Counted from the first letter of the stretch, positions 33,382 through 43,888 are shown. The stretch is DNA of 64,000 nucleotides from Pyrinomonadaceae bacterium (GCA_046313635.1 JBKBYA010000012.1:5451-69450); one strand, 5' to 3'. The notes: a model not told the origin generated them from the sequence alone. Translations and numbers: made by a program.

Positions 33382-35181
33382 ATGGACACCTCGCTGACGA
33401 TCACCCTCATCATCCTCGTTGCTGCCCTTATCCTATTTTTGACAGACAAGCTGCCCTCGGACCTCGTCGCGCTGCTCGTCGTCGTCGCGCTCGGCGTGAC
33501 CGGCGTGCTGACGCCGCAGGAAGCCTTTTCGGGATTTTCGCGTTCGGCGGTGATCACGATCATCGCGATATTCGTCTTGACCGAGGGCCTGCAGCGGACC
33601 GGCGTGACCGAGCAGGTCGGCAACCTTCTGCTCAGGGTCGGCGGCCGCGGCGAGGCAAAGCTCGTCACGGTCGTGATGATCGCCGGAGCGTTTCTCTCGC
33701 TCTTTATGAACAACATCGCCGCGGCTGCCGTGCTGCTGCCCGCGGTCTCGGGCGCGGCCAAAAAGCTCTCGGTCAGCAAATCGCGCCTGCTGATGCCGCT
33801 CGCTTTTGCGACGATCCTCGGCGGCACGGCGACGCTGCTCACGACGTCAAACATCATTCTCAACTCGCTGCTGCACGACAGCGGACTGCCGGGATTCAGG
33901 ATCACCGATTTTTTGCCGGTCGGCTCGGTCATCGTGATCGTCGGCACGCTCTACATGGTGCTCGTCGGCCGGCGGATGCTGCCGGACGAATCTTCGCTCG
34001 AGCGCACGCAGGCTCCGACGTCGTCCGATCTCGTCGAGGCCTACCATCTCGGCAAGAGCCTCTTTAGGGCAAAGCTGCCCGAGAACTCGAGCCTTATCGG
34101 CAAACAGCTGGCCGAGTCAAAGCTGCGCGAGGACTACGACGTCTCGGTCGTCGCGATCGAGCGCGGCGGCGACCGCATCTTTGCGCTCTCGCCCGAGACG
34201 CGTATCCGCCGCGGCGACATCCTCGTGCTCGAGGGCGACGAGGACGACTTTCGGCGGCGCGACGTGCAGCCGTATGTCGAATTTTTGCCGACCTCGGACT
34301 GGAAGGAGAGCGATCTCGAGTCGCAGGTCGTCGAGGTCGTCGAGGCGATGATCGCTCCGCGTTCAGGACTGATCGGCAAATCGCTGCGAGACGCGCACTT
34401 TAGAGAAAAGTACGGAATGTCGGTGCTCGCGATCTGGCGCGGCGAAGAAGAGTACTTTGTCGATCTCGCCGACATGAAGCTCCAGTTTGGCGACGCTCTC
34501 TTGCTGCAGGGCACGCGCGACAAGCTGGTCGTGCTCGCTGACGATCCCGACCTGATCCTGCTCGTTTCAAAAGAGACGGCCTTTACCGTGCCGAATAAAG
34601 GTCTGCTCGCGATCGTGATCTTTGTCGCGACGCTCGTTTTTGCGACCGTCTTTCCTGAGCTGACCGGGCCGATAATGCTCGGCGGCTCGCTCGCGATGAT
34701 GCTCACCGGGATCCTGCAGACCGAGCAGGCATACTCGGCGATCGGATGGAAGAGCGTCTTTCTCGTCGCCGGGATGCTGCCGATGGGCATCGCCCTGACC
34801 AATACCAACGCCGCCGCGATGATCGCCCACGAGATAAACAACTCGCTCGCCAGCTACGGGTCGATATTCGTGCTCGGCGGGCTGTTTCTCGTGACGATAC
34901 TCCTCACGCAGGCGATCAACGGCGCCGTCGCCGCCGCCGTCGTCGGCCCCGTCGCGATCAAGGTCGCCGAACAGGTCCAGGCCGATCCGCGCTCGATGGT
35001 GATGGGCGTCGCGATCGCAAGTTCGATGGCATTCATTACCCCGATCGGCCACGCCGTGAATGTGCTCGTGATGAGCCCGGGAGGATATCGCTTTCGCGAT
35101 TACGTAAAGGTCGGCCTGCCGCTGACGATCATCTTGTTCTTCGTCGTGATGCTGGTCCTGCCGATCTTTTGGCCGTTGTGA
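33382..35181 (+). CDS. SLC13/CitT-family permease with two TrkA-C (RCK-C) domains
   Basis: 599 aa; FMNNIAAAA, central RCK-C repeats, FITPIGHAVNVLVMSPGGYRFRDY. Confidence 0.9.
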   Translation: MDTSLTITLIILVAALILFLTDKLPSDLVALLVVVALGVTGVLTPQEAFSGFSRSAVITIIAIFVLTEGLQRTGVTEQVGNLLLRVGGRGEAKLVTVVMIAGAFLSLFMNNIAAAAVLLPAVSGAAKKLSVSKSRLLMPLAFATILGGTATLLTTSNIILNSLLHDSGLPGFRITDFLPVGSVIVIVGTLYMVLVGRRMLPDESSLERTQAPTSSDLVEAYHLGKSLFRAKLPENSSLIGKQLAESKLREDYDVSVVAIERGGDRIFALSPETRIRRGDILVLEGDEDDFRRRDVQPYVEFLPTSDWKESDLESQVVEVVEAMIAPRSGLIGKSLRDAHFREKYGMSVLAIWRGEEEYFVDLADMKLQFGDALLLQGTRDKLVVLADDPDLILLVSKETAFTVPNKGLLAIVIFVATLVFATVFPELTGPIMLGGSLAMMLTGILQTEQAYSAIGWKSVFLVAGMLPMGIALTNTNAAAMIAHEINNSLASYGSIFVLGGLFLVTILLTQAINGAVAAAVVGPVAIKVAEQVQADPRSMVMGVAIASSMAFITPIGHAVNVLVMSPGGYRFRDYVKVGLPLTIILFFVVMLVLPIFWPL

Positions 35182-35202
35182 TCTATCGCTACGGGAAAAT
35201 TG

Positions 35203-35243
35203 AACACGGATCGACACGGAAATTACACGGAACAAAACGAATC
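35203..35243 (+). repeat. Single-arm ACACGGA tandem repeat
   Basis: AACACGGAT CGACACGGA AATTACACGGA ACAAAACGAATC. Confidence 0.55.
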
Positions 35244-35261
35244 AGTTCCCCCGGCTTCGCA

Positions 35262-35808
35262 TAGCCACGCCGTTCACGGCGTGGTCCGGTCGTCCAAATA
35301 ATTCTTAGGGCGTTTCAACGCCCTTACCTTAACTGTCGGTCGATGTACGCTCCAGCCGTTCGTGGGTGCTCCCGCGGCGGTGATGTTCCTTCTGATCCTG
35401 AATATAACCGCACACCCATTCGAGATCGCGAGTCCCAAACGAAACGACGCCGTACCCGCTCTGCCACTGCAGATGCTTGCCAAATTCGTGCGAGCTGGCG
35501 CCTTTCAGATCTCCGATCCAGCGATCGATCTCGAACGGCGGATAGAACGACGACGCCAAATGAATATGGTCAGACGTCCCACCGATCGCGTGAAAGAAAA
35601 CATTCGGCATTCTCACGATGCGGTCCTTGATAAACGCGAACAGATCAGGCTCAAGTCCCGCAGTGATGAAGGGAAAACAGTTTTTGGTATGCCAGGTGAT
35701 ATGGAAGTTGATCTCAGCGTAGCACCGGTTTGACATAAGCGGGGGAAGGGCGTGAACGCCCTGGCGTTTTTTTGCGGGAAGCTTACCACGCCGTGAACGG
35801 CGTGGCTA
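35262..35808. mobile_element. REP-flanked HUH transposase module 1
   Basis: 24-bp inverted REPs TAGCCACGCCGTTCACGGCGTGGT (35262-35285 and 35785-35808); inner palindromes AGGGCGT..ACGCCCT (35307-35324, 35747-35762). Confidence 0.8.
35329..35736 (-). CDS. IS200/IS605-family TnpA-like (RAYT-type) HUH tyrosine transposase
   Basis: 135 aa; FHITWHTK, DHIHL (HUH), LKGASS, WQSGYG, YIQDQKEHH. Confidence 0.9.
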   Translation of the reverse strand: MSNRCYAEINFHITWHTKNCFPFITAGLEPDLFAFIKDRIVRMPNVFFHAIGGTSDHIHLASSFYPPFEIDRWIGDLKGASSHEFGKHLQWQSGYGVVSFGTRDLEWVCGYIQDQKEHHRRGSTHERLERTSTDS

Positions 35809-35909
35809 GGCTAAGACGAGCCAAAAGCCGCAAACAAATCAGAGTTTCTGGGAGCACCCTCGTCGTGCAGAGACGATGGAAGCCACCACGAATTTCCGAC
35901 AGTCCGATT

Positions 35910-36350
35910 CTACACAGCCGCTGCCTTGATCACCCTTTCGTATTCTCGCCAATCGAAGACAAATGGACCCAGCCCGACAAAGCTGTCCAGATCTACGAAT
36001 TTGTCGTAATTGTTCTGTATGCCGAATTCCCGCCAAACAATATTATTATCGACTCGTTCGATCAATGCCGAAACGGCCCCGCAACCGAGGTCGGCGCACT
36101 CCGGGCAAACGTAAATGCTTCTTCGGTTATCAGCGAAATCCGCTCCATCAATTAACAGAAGACGGTTGATGGCTTTCTGAGTCTCTTCGGACGGGAGCCA
36201 GCCAAATGGTGTTATAAAGTCTCCGCACTTCTCGTACAACTGCTCGTACAGCGAATTGCCGTCAATGACAAAGTCGAGGAATAGACGGGGCGTTTGTGCA
36301 GTGCCGATTACGCGGTTTGTCCATTCCCCTTCGATCGTTGACACTTGCAT
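35910..36350 (-). CDS. Hypothetical protein with CPECxDLGCG motif
   Basis: 146 aa; LDFVIDGNSLY, RRSIYVCPECADLGCGAVS, LGPFVFD; start abuts the menC stop. Confidence 0.7.
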   Translation of the reverse strand: MQVSTIEGEWTNRVIGTAQTPRLFLDFVIDGNSLYEQLYEKCGDFITPFGWLPSEETQKAINRLLLIDGADFADNRRSIYVCPECADLGCGAVSALIERVDNNIVWREFGIQNNYDKFVDLDSFVGLGPFVFDWREYERVIKAAAV

Positions 36351-36351
36351 C

Positions 36352-37461
36352 CTAGCTGATGATCGAACTCCTTACTGCAACCTTCTCTATTCTGTCTCGC
36401 TTTACCTCAAATCCGATACCCGGGCCTTCGGGCGCGGTGATCGTGCCTTCGGGCGAGACTTCGACTGCCGGTTCGATGATGTCTTCGTGCCAGTAGCGTT
36501 TTGAGGCTGAGACGTCGCCGGGCATGGTGTAGCCGGCGAGCGTCGAGATGGCGATGTTGTGGGCGCGGCCGATGCCGGACTCGAGCATGCCGCCGCACCA
36601 GACCGGGATGCCGGCCTCGCGGCAGGTTTGCTCGACGAGCTTTGATTGGGCGTGGCCGCCGACGCGGCCGTTCTTGAGATTGATGATCCGGCCCGAGCCG
36701 AGCTCGATCGCCTTGCGCGCGTCGTCGGCCGATTTGATCGGCTCGTCGAGACAGATCGGCGTTTTGATCTCTCGCTGCAGCTTGGCGTGATCGACGATGT
36801 CGTCGTACGGGAGCGGCTGCTCGAGCATCATCAGGTCAAACTCGTCGAGCGAGCGAAGCTTGTCGATGTCGGCGAGCGTGTACGCCGAGTTGGCGTCGCC
36901 CATTAACAGGATGTCGGGAAATTCCTTTCGCACCGCTTTAATGACGTCGTAGTCCCAGTGCGGCGCGATCTTGATCTTGATGCGTTTGTAGCCCGCCTCG
37001 ACCTCGACGCGGATCTTCTCTAAAAGCTGCTCGACCGAATCCTGAATCCCGATCGACACACCGCACTCGATCACCTGATTGACGCCGCCGAGATGCCGCC
37101 ACAGCGGACGGCCGAGCCGCTTTGCCTCGAGGTCCCAGCACGCGGTCTCGATGCCGGACTTTGCCATCCGGTGGCCGCGGGCACGCCGCATCAGATCGAA
37201 AACTTGCGAAGCGCTCTCGACCTCTTTCCCGACGACCATCGGCGCAAGTATCGCTTCGGCCGTCACCCACGCCGAATCGGTCCACTCGTCCGAGTAGCCC
37301 GGCACTTCGCCGCACGTTATCTCGCCCCAGCCGGTCGCTCCGTCCGAGTCCTCGACACGGACGAGAATGATCCGCCTCTCGTAGGTGCGGCCAAAGCTGG
37401 TCTCAAAAAAATGAACGAGCGGGAGGTTGATCTCGGTGAGTTCGATCCGTGTGATCTGCAT
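36352..37461 (-). CDS. menC: o-succinylbenzoate synthase / N-succinylamino acid racemase (enolase superfamily)
   Basis: Start MQITRIEL (ATG 37461); [38 protein letters not shown]. Confidence 0.85.
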   Translation of the reverse strand: MQITRIELTEINLPLVHFFETSFGRTYERRIILVRVEDSDGATGWGEITCGEVPGYSDEWTDSAWVTAEAILAPMVVGKEVESASQVFDLMRRARGHRMAKSGIETACWDLEAKRLGRPLWRHLGGVNQVIECGVSIGIQDSVEQLLEKIRVEVEAGYKRIKIKIAPHWDYDVIKAVRKEFPDILLMGDANSAYTLADIDKLRSLDEFDLMMLEQPLPYDDIVDHAKLQREIKTPICLDEPIKSADDARKAIELGSGRIINLKNGRVGGHAQSKLVEQTCREAGIPVWCGGMLESGIGRAHNIAISTLAGYTMPGDVSASKRYWHEDIIEPAVEVSPEGTITAPEGPGIGFEVKRDRIEKVAVRSSIIS

Positions 37462-37541
37462 AGTGTATCGGTCTGCGCGAGCGGCAAACTTCAACATAAA
37501 TTTTCTGCACGTGATTGTCTAACCGGCGGGTCGTCGGAGGT

Positions 37542-37630
37542 TCATTCGACTATCTCGAACGTAACGAACTGCGTCGCGACGCCGGAATTTCCCTTTATCG
37601 CCCGATCGGTGACGACGATCTGCACGTGTG
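37542..37630 (-). pseudogene. Possible orphan 3' gene remnant
   Basis: Reads QIVVTDRAIKGNSGVATQFVTFEIVE*, resembling C-termini of large acidobacterial VWA-type proteins; no coherent upstream gene. Confidence 0.35.
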
Positions 37631-37799
37631 CAGGAGTGCGGAGGTTGTTTTGGACATTTGGGTATGCGGAGAGCTCCAAAATTTGTCTGCTATCATATAT
37701 GCGTTCGGCGGCCTTTGACAGTGCGCGAGCTAGGCCGCGACAAACGTTTTTTCGGCCTTTCTTCATCAAATCGGCGCACCTTTTCGGAGCAGTACAAAA

Positions 37800-40103
37800 A
37801 TGGATCACATCAATCGTCGCATCGTCCTTCCCATCCTCAGCGGCATTTTTCTCTGTCTGACCTTTTTCGCGATCGGATGCTCGGCGCAGACCGAGGAGCA
37901 GGCTCTTGCGAGTTTGCGCCAGATGGCCCTGTCGGGAATGCCGCCGACAGACGATTACCTGACCTCGATCGAGCGCCGCTTTGCGGGCAGACGCGCGGGT
38001 GCACTCGCCCGCCTTTTGCACGCGCGGATGAAGCTCGACAGCAAGGAGTTTGCAGCGGCGGCCTCACTGCTCGCGAGCGAAGATATCGCAAAACATACGA
38101 AGCTCGGCGACTACGCGCTGTGGCTTCGCGGCCGGGCGCTGCAGCAGGCAGGCGATCACGCCGAGGCGATGCGCGTCTTTGAGCGTCTGACACGCGAATA
38201 TCCCGATTCGGTACGCGTGGACGACGCGCGCCTCCGCTGGGCAGATTCGGCTATCGCCGCGGGACAGGCGATGACCGTGCCCGCTCTCCTCGGCTCGCTC
38301 GTCGAGGAGCGAAACGCCGCCGCGCTTGTGCGTATGGCCCGAGCCTACGAGTCGCTGGGCGATCAGGCAAAGGCCGTGCAGTCGTTCCGGCAGGCGTACT
38401 TCTTCGGTGCGGGCAGCGACGCGGCCAAAGAAGCCGAAGCGAGACTGACCGCTCTCGCGCAGCCGCTCACGCCGCAAAACGCGGACGAGGCGATCGAGCG
38501 CGCCGACGATCTCTTTGCGGCAAAGAATTTTGCCGAGGCCGAAAAGGCCTACGCCGCCGCGGCCGCTTCGTTCACCGCGGCCGCGACGCCGGCCGTCAGC
38601 CTGAAGCGCCTCAAGGCGCTCGCGAGTCTCAAACGCGCGGCCGACGCGCAGACTGTTTTTAACGCCATCCCGCCGTCCGCAAAAGAGAAAGAAGAAGCCT
38701 ACTACCAGCTCGCCCTCGCATATGCACGCGCCCGACTGTGGCCGCAGGCCAAGCAGACGATCGACGAAATGCGGCAGCGATTCGCTAACGGCCGCTTCAC
38801 GCCGAAGGCGATGATCGACGTCGGCCTCGAGGCCCGTGCGGCAAAGAATCGCGTCGACGAGGGCAACCTCTTAAAGGCCGCGGTCACCGCTTACCCGAAC
38901 GCGATCGAGGTCGCGCAGGCGCAGTTTGAGCTTGCATGGTACGAGCACGAGATCGAGGACTTTGCCGAGAGCTCGCGGATGTTCGTCGAGCACCTCGCAC
39001 GATACGTCGACCGTGACAATACCAATCGCGGTAAGGCCGGCTATTGGGCCGCACGCGATTCGGAACGCGCAGGCAAGATCGCCGACGCCTGCATTCTTTA
39101 CGACGCCGTCATCTACCGCTACAACGCCAACTGGTACGGCTACCTTGCGGCCCAGCGCGTCGGAGCACTAAAGTCGCAGGGCAAATGCCAGGGAGCGACC
39201 GCCGCAAGCGAACAGCTCGCAAAGGCCGTCGCAAATCTCAAGACCGTCACCGTCGCACGCGAGACCGCCGGCCCGCGAGAGCTCGCCTTCGCCGCAAGGT
39301 CCGACGATCTGAGCGCGGCCGGCATATTCGACTGGGCGATCGACGAGCTCAACGCCGCCAAGCGCACCGCGGCCGACAGCCCGCGGATCAATCTCGCTCT
39401 CGCTCGCCACCACCGGCTCAAGGGCGACAACGTCAGCGCCTTTCTCGCGCTTGCACGCAGCTACCCGGATTATGCTCAGATGTTTCCCGAGGAGATGAGC
39501 CGCGAGGAGTGGGAGATCTTTTACCCGCTCACAAACTGGAAAGAGATCAAGTACTGGGCCGCCCAGCGCCGTCTCGACCCGTATCAGGTCGCCGGCCTCA
39601 TCCGGCAGGAATCGGTCTTTAACCCCACGGCCCGCTCAAGCGCGAACGCCTACGGCCTGATGCAGCTCATCCTGCCCACAGCCCGCGCGACCGCTCGCAA
39701 GTACGGCTCGACCGCGACGATCGACGTGCCGACGCTCTACAACCCGAATGTCAATATCGAGCTCGGCACGGCATACCTGCGCGATCAGCTCGATAAATTC
39801 GGCCGCATCGAGTACGTCGCCGCCGCATACAATGCCGGCCCCGGCCGCATCCCGACCTGGCGTGCGACGCTGCCGCTCGAGATCGACGAATTTGTCGAGG
39901 AGATCCCTTTCAAAGAAACGCGCCAGTACGTCATGGGCGTCGTCCGCAACACCGCGCAGTACCGCCGCCTCTACGACGAGAACGGCAGCTTCAAACCCAA
40001 CGTCGGCACCCGCCCGCTGCGCGGCGAGATCGATACAAAGTCCGACGAGCAGCTCGCGACAGAAAACCCAGACGTCCTTGTAGCGCGAGACGCTGGCGAA
40101 TAG
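37800..40103 (+). CDS. Soluble lytic murein transglycosylase with TPR repeats (probable lipoprotein)
   Basis: 767 aa; lipobox AIG-C, TPR helices, SLT motifs IRQES, GLMQL, AAYNAG, ETRQYV. Confidence 0.9.
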   Translation: MDHINRRIVLPILSGIFLCLTFFAIGCSAQTEEQALASLRQMALSGMPPTDDYLTSIERRFAGRRAGALARLLHARMKLDSKEFAAAASLLASEDIAKHTKLGDYALWLRGRALQQAGDHAEAMRVFERLTREYPDSVRVDDARLRWADSAIAAGQAMTVPALLGSLVEERNAAALVRMARAYESLGDQAKAVQSFRQAYFFGAGSDAAKEAEARLTALAQPLTPQNADEAIERADDLFAAKNFAEAEKAYAAAAASFTAAATPAVSLKRLKALASLKRAADAQTVFNAIPPSAKEKEEAYYQLALAYARARLWPQAKQTIDEMRQRFANGRFTPKAMIDVGLEARAAKNRVDEGNLLKAAVTAYPNAIEVAQAQFELAWYEHEIEDFAESSRMFVEHLARYVDRDNTNRGKAGYWAARDSERAGKIADACILYDAVIYRYNANWYGYLAAQRVGALKSQGKCQGATAASEQLAKAVANLKTVTVARETAGPRELAFAARSDDLSAAGIFDWAIDELNAAKRTAADSPRINLALARHHRLKGDNVSAFLALARSYPDYAQMFPEEMSREEWEIFYPLTNWKEIKYWAAQRRLDPYQVAGLIRQESVFNPTARSSANAYGLMQLILPTARATARKYGSTATIDVPTLYNPNVNIELGTAYLRDQLDKFGRIEYVAAAYNAGPGRIPTWRATLPLEIDEFVEEIPFKETRQYVMGVVRNTAQYRRLYDENGSFKPNVGTRPLRGEIDTKSDEQLATENPDVLVARDAGE

Positions 40104-40145
40104 ACTCGGTCAGCTCTCGCTCGTTACCAATTTCCGTAATACATT

Positions 40146-40173
40146 CGGCCGCATTGTCGGAGCAATGCGGCCG
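40146..40173. terminator. Hairpin between convergent genes
   Basis: Perfect 11-bp stem CGGCCGCATTG/CAATGCGGCCG; no U tract. Confidence 0.5.
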
Positions 40174-40215
40174 TCAATTACTAACGCCGTGACCGAACGT
40201 CAAACGGCAGCCCGT

Positions 40216-43044
40216 TCAGTTAAGCAGTGGGGCGATAAAGAGCGAACGCACCTCGGTCCGCGACTCTGAAACGCCGTCGCTGACTATCGCATAGATCCGC
40301 ATGAATGAGCCGGGGGACACGATCGGTGTTTGGCAAGTGTAATAGCCGTTGCCGAAAATGCCGGTCGTCGTGACCTGCGCCTGCTGGCTCCCGGTCTCGC
40401 AGTACCACCGGATCGTGATGGATTGTCCTTCAGGATCGGTGGCGTTGACGCGCATGAACATCGCTCCGTTGTAGTCGCCCGTTTGGCCGTTATAGTACGT
40501 TCCATCGTCGCGAGCTTCGCAATAGAATCCGCCCGGGCACGGCCCGCGGTAGGCCTGTACCGTGAACGAATCGGGATCGATCACCGGCGGCAGGTTGTCG
40601 GGCGTGGCGGTCACGTTAACGTAGACGGTCGAGCTGCCGGTCGTTCCGTTCAGGTCGACGGCGTTAACGGTCAGCGGCCGCAGTCCCTGCTCACGGAAGG
40701 TCACGGTCGCCGCGCACGTTCCGTTTCGGTTGCGAACGGTCACCGAGTCGGTGCCCTGCACGTGCCACGACAATCGGTCGCAGGACAGATAACCGTTTTC
40801 CGGATCGAAGGCGGTCGCCGTCGGGAAGTACTGCACCATTGCCGGCACTGTGAAGCTGGCCGCCTTGATCGTGACGATCGGCAGCGAATTCTTCACGTCG
40901 ATCTGCAGCGTCTCGGTCGCCGTGCCGCCGTCGCCGTCGGTCGCCGTGAGAGTGATGGTTCGCTGGCCGGCCGACAGGAATTTGAAGGTCAGCGGTATCG
41001 CTCCGTCGCGACTTGAGACCGCTGTCACGGTCGGCACCCTGCCCTCCGGGTCGCTGACGTTGAAGAAGCCCTGCAGCGTATTGAACCGCGGACCGAGCAC
41101 GACGTTCTCGTTGATCGGTACCGGGATCAGACCGCGGCGGACGTCAGTGAAGACGGGCGGCTGATTTTCGGCGTCCTTGATCAGGAAGGACCGGTCAAGG
41201 ATGTCCTGCGCCCACACTTCACTGATCCCAAAGTAGCCGCCGGCGTCGGCGGTTACGTTAACGCGCGATTTGACGCGGCCGTACAGTGACCATAGCGGCT
41301 GCCTATTTGTCTGACCGGTGATGCTGACACCGACGCTTGCGTTCATTCCAGGACCGAAAACGTTATACAGGAGGAGCTTGGCATCTACCTTTCCGTATGC
41401 GTGAAGCTCGGCGTTGCCGTTAAGCGACGCGCTGACGTAGGTACCGCCGAGGGGTTCGTAATGCGAAATATTTTCCCAGCCGTTACCGTTATCGTCGGGG
41501 TCGGTCCATTTGGCACCAACCTTGACCTTGGATCGCGCGCCGGCGTCAAAGCTGAAATTGACCTGAGCGCGGCCATCTACGCCGACCACGACATTCACCA
41601 CCGGCACGAGAACGACGGGGAACGGCCCGATAAAAAATACGATGGGTGACAGAGGCACGCGACCGACGACCTGCTCTTTTTTGTTAAGCGTTCCGTTGAA
41701 TCGGCCCGTGACCCTGAGAGAACTTCGCTGATCGACACCCGCCCACGCCTCGACTCGGTCGACACAGACAGGCGGGATCTCGAAGCAGCTCTCGATACCG
41801 AGGCCGAGGTTGTATCCGGCGTTGAAGAAGACCGAGCCCTGCACTCGGATGGTGCCAGTGCCCTCGACACCGCTGCCCGAGGCCGCGAGATCTATCGTAA
41901 CGTCGAGGTCTTTTTGAAACGTGAAGTTGTCACCCTCATCGACCGACTCGATCATCGGCAGATCTTTCGCCTTGTCGGAGGCTGCGGTCTGTCGATCTGC
42001 CGCGAGCCCTGGAGCCGTCGGGGGCCGCAGTTCACCTGAGGCATCGAGATGACCGGCGGAGATCGCTTCGGTCAGCTTGGCCTGGACCGTGGCAAGATGG
42101 ACCTCGCCGGCCAGTCGTCGGATCGACACGACCTTGCGCAAGAAACCGTACGGCGCCGCCGGCGCGATCTGGCTGACGAGCACGTCATCGACATTCAGAC
42201 TCCTCAGCAGCGACGTTTCGTATGCAAAATGCATCGCCCCGGTCGACTGATCGTACGACACGAGCGCCGCTCGTGTAGGAGCGTCGGCGATCTTTGTCGT
42301 GACGGGAATGACCGGATCCTGACAGACGCCGTCAAGTACCATCGCGACCTGCTGGGGCGTTGCCGATCCGATCTCGCTGAGCAGCAGCGACGCGAGTTCG
42401 TCGCCGCAGAGACCGAATTCGGCCCTAATCGCCGCGGCGATCTCCCACAACGAGAGCCCGGCGGCGGCAAGCACCCTGACATGAAGCGCCGCGTCCCTCT
42501 CGACCACGAACTTGATCGGCCAGATCATGCCAAATCGCGAATACGTGCCGCTCGGCACGTCGACCGCTCCAAGCGGCAATCCGGCGGCGAGCACCCGCAC
42601 GCGATATGTCGTGCGGCCGTCGGTCGTGCGATTGCTGTTCCAATTGACGATAAAGTGCGAGCCGGCGCTCCTCAATCCGTACGCGCCAGCCGATGTTAAT
42701 GACGCCACGAGCGTGCAGTTGCCGCCGAGCTCGACGCGGCACACCTCGACTTTCAGGTAACTCAGCAGCGAGGTGTCGAGCCGTTCTGGAGCGGTCGGCG
42801 AACCGGACCCGATCGGCTCGATGAACCGAAATGCCCCCGGCTCAGGTGCCGCGGTTACTGCCGCGTTCGCTTCGGGGATGGATCCTGCCTCACGTCGCGG
42901 TTCCGCCCCTCGAGCCTCACCAAAAGCTGAAAACAGCGCCGGGCCAACGGGCTCAACGTTCAAAGCAAAGGCAGCGGCGACCGCCGCTCCCAAGAACAAC
43001 AACATACGGGCGAAATTGAAAGACCAGACTCTTGCACGCTTCAT
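40216..43044 (-). CDS. Large secreted beta-rich protein with C-terminal Ig/PKD-like repeats
   Basis: 942 aa; N-terminal hydrophobic segment, repeated N.PP/DPEG/DPENG/DGDG Ig-like units. Confidence 0.75.
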   Translation of the reverse strand: MKRARVWSFNFARMLLFLGAAVAAAFALNVEPVGPALFSAFGEARGAEPRREAGSIPEANAAVTAAPEPGAFRFIEPIGSGSPTAPERLDTSLLSYLKVEVCRVELGGNCTLVASLTSAGAYGLRSAGSHFIVNWNSNRTTDGRTTYRVRVLAAGLPLGAVDVPSGTYSRFGMIWPIKFVVERDAALHVRVLAAAGLSLWEIAAAIRAEFGLCGDELASLLLSEIGSATPQQVAMVLDGVCQDPVIPVTTKIADAPTRAALVSYDQSTGAMHFAYETSLLRSLNVDDVLVSQIAPAAPYGFLRKVVSIRRLAGEVHLATVQAKLTEAISAGHLDASGELRPPTAPGLAADRQTAASDKAKDLPMIESVDEGDNFTFQKDLDVTIDLAASGSGVEGTGTIRVQGSVFFNAGYNLGLGIESCFEIPPVCVDRVEAWAGVDQRSSLRVTGRFNGTLNKKEQVVGRVPLSPIVFFIGPFPVVLVPVVNVVVGVDGRAQVNFSFDAGARSKVKVGAKWTDPDDNGNGWENISHYEPLGGTYVSASLNGNAELHAYGKVDAKLLLYNVFGPGMNASVGVSITGQTNRQPLWSLYGRVKSRVNVTADAGGYFGISEVWAQDILDRSFLIKDAENQPPVFTDVRRGLIPVPINENVVLGPRFNTLQGFFNVSDPEGRVPTVTAVSSRDGAIPLTFKFLSAGQRTITLTATDGDGGTATETLQIDVKNSLPIVTIKAASFTVPAMVQYFPTATAFDPENGYLSCDRLSWHVQGTDSVTVRNRNGTCAATVTFREQGLRPLTVNAVDLNGTTGSSTVYVNVTATPDNLPPVIDPDSFTVQAYRGPCPGGFYCEARDDGTYYNGQTGDYNGAMFMRVNATDPEGQSITIRWYCETGSQQAQVTTTGIFGNGYYTCQTPIVSPGSFMRIYAIVSDGVSESRTEVRSLFIAPLLN

Positions 43045-43130
43045 AAGTATCTCCTCAGGGTCTCTCGTCCCGCGGCGTGACTACCGTCGGGATCTAACCT
43101 GTAAATTCTCTTGCTGACTTTGTACGCGGG

Positions 43131-43176
43131 ATGGTAAGCGCCGCGGTCGGTCGGCGTTAACTACACGTTTGCGCGG
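43131..43176 (-). promoter_or_regulatory. Activator-dependent promoter P3 (7-2-7 site plus -10)
   Basis: CCGCGCA-AA-CGTGTAG (43176-43161), 24 nt, TACCAT. Confidence 0.6.
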
Positions 43177-43230
43177 GATGAGTGATGTGAAATAGGAGAG
43201 GTCCTACCGGCGAAACTGCTCGTCCGGGAT

Positions 43231-43265
43231 GACAGATCCGCCTGCGTTATGCGGACGGATCTGTC
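43231..43265 (-). terminator. Hairpin ending the 44078-43297 unit
   Basis: GACAGATCCG...CGGATCTGTC 10-bp outer stem just after the 43297 stop. Confidence 0.5.
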
Positions 43266-43296
43266 CCTCGATCCGCTACCCCGGCTCCGTCGTCAA

Positions 43297-43836
43297 TTAA
43301 GGACATTCGAGACTCGGGTTGAAAGGCGCAAACATGCCGGCCGGATTATGCCGCCACGCCCAGACGTGCAATTCGTAAGCGTTTCTCCCCGGACTGTATT
43401 CAAACGTTTGCCCAAACAACACGGGCGCCGCTGGGACAAGCGGGGCGGGCACGACGTATTCGACAGCGACCAGCCGCATTTCGCCAGCTTCGTCGGGCAA
43501 ATACAGCAGAACCTCAGGCCGGGCGGGGTTGACGTCCGGATTCGTTATCCGCCCGATATTGCCGTAGTGAATGCCCATCGTCCCGAGCCCGGGCACGGAC
43601 ACGCACGGACTTAACGGGACGAATCCGTCCGCGATCGCGCGCTCGATATCGTGATACCTCGCCGTCGCACGTCTCGCGGCGGCCAGCGCCTGGCGGCACT
43701 CGGCAGAACGACATTCCTCCTCGTTCAAGCTCGGGGCGGCAGCCGAAGGCGCGGAGTAAAAGCTCAACGCTAGTACTCCCTGCAAAAGGACACCGAAAAG
43801 TGACTTGGAAAGATTTCCTGATCTTAGAAATTTCAT
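43297..43836 (-). CDS. Secreted hypothetical protein (YHD..A.ADG / MG.HY / VEY / LHVW motifs)
   Basis: 179 aa; signal peptide, ATARYHDIERAIADGF, GTMGIHY, PEVLLY, LVAVEY, LHVWAW, NPAGMF. Confidence 0.8.
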   Translation of the reverse strand: MKFLRSGNLSKSLFGVLLQGVLALSFYSAPSAAAPSLNEEECRSAECRQALAAARRATARYHDIERAIADGFVPLSPCVSVPGLGTMGIHYGNIGRITNPDVNPARPEVLLYLPDEAGEMRLVAVEYVVPAPLVPAAPVLFGQTFEYSPGRNAYELHVWAWRHNPAGMFAPFNPSLECP

Positions 43837-43888
43837 CTCAACCTACTTTATTTGTTCTCGATCATGAGCTGGATCGGTCACGCTTCCT

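Noticed and set aside
36352..37461. menC as evidence of a menaquinone operon
   Set aside because: No other men genes nearby; this subfamily can act as a racemase, so the pathway role cannot be assigned
37620..37633. CTGCAC-GT-GTGCAG resembling the regulon palindrome
   Set aside because: Two nt shorter than the 16-bp sites, with no -10 box at the conserved distance
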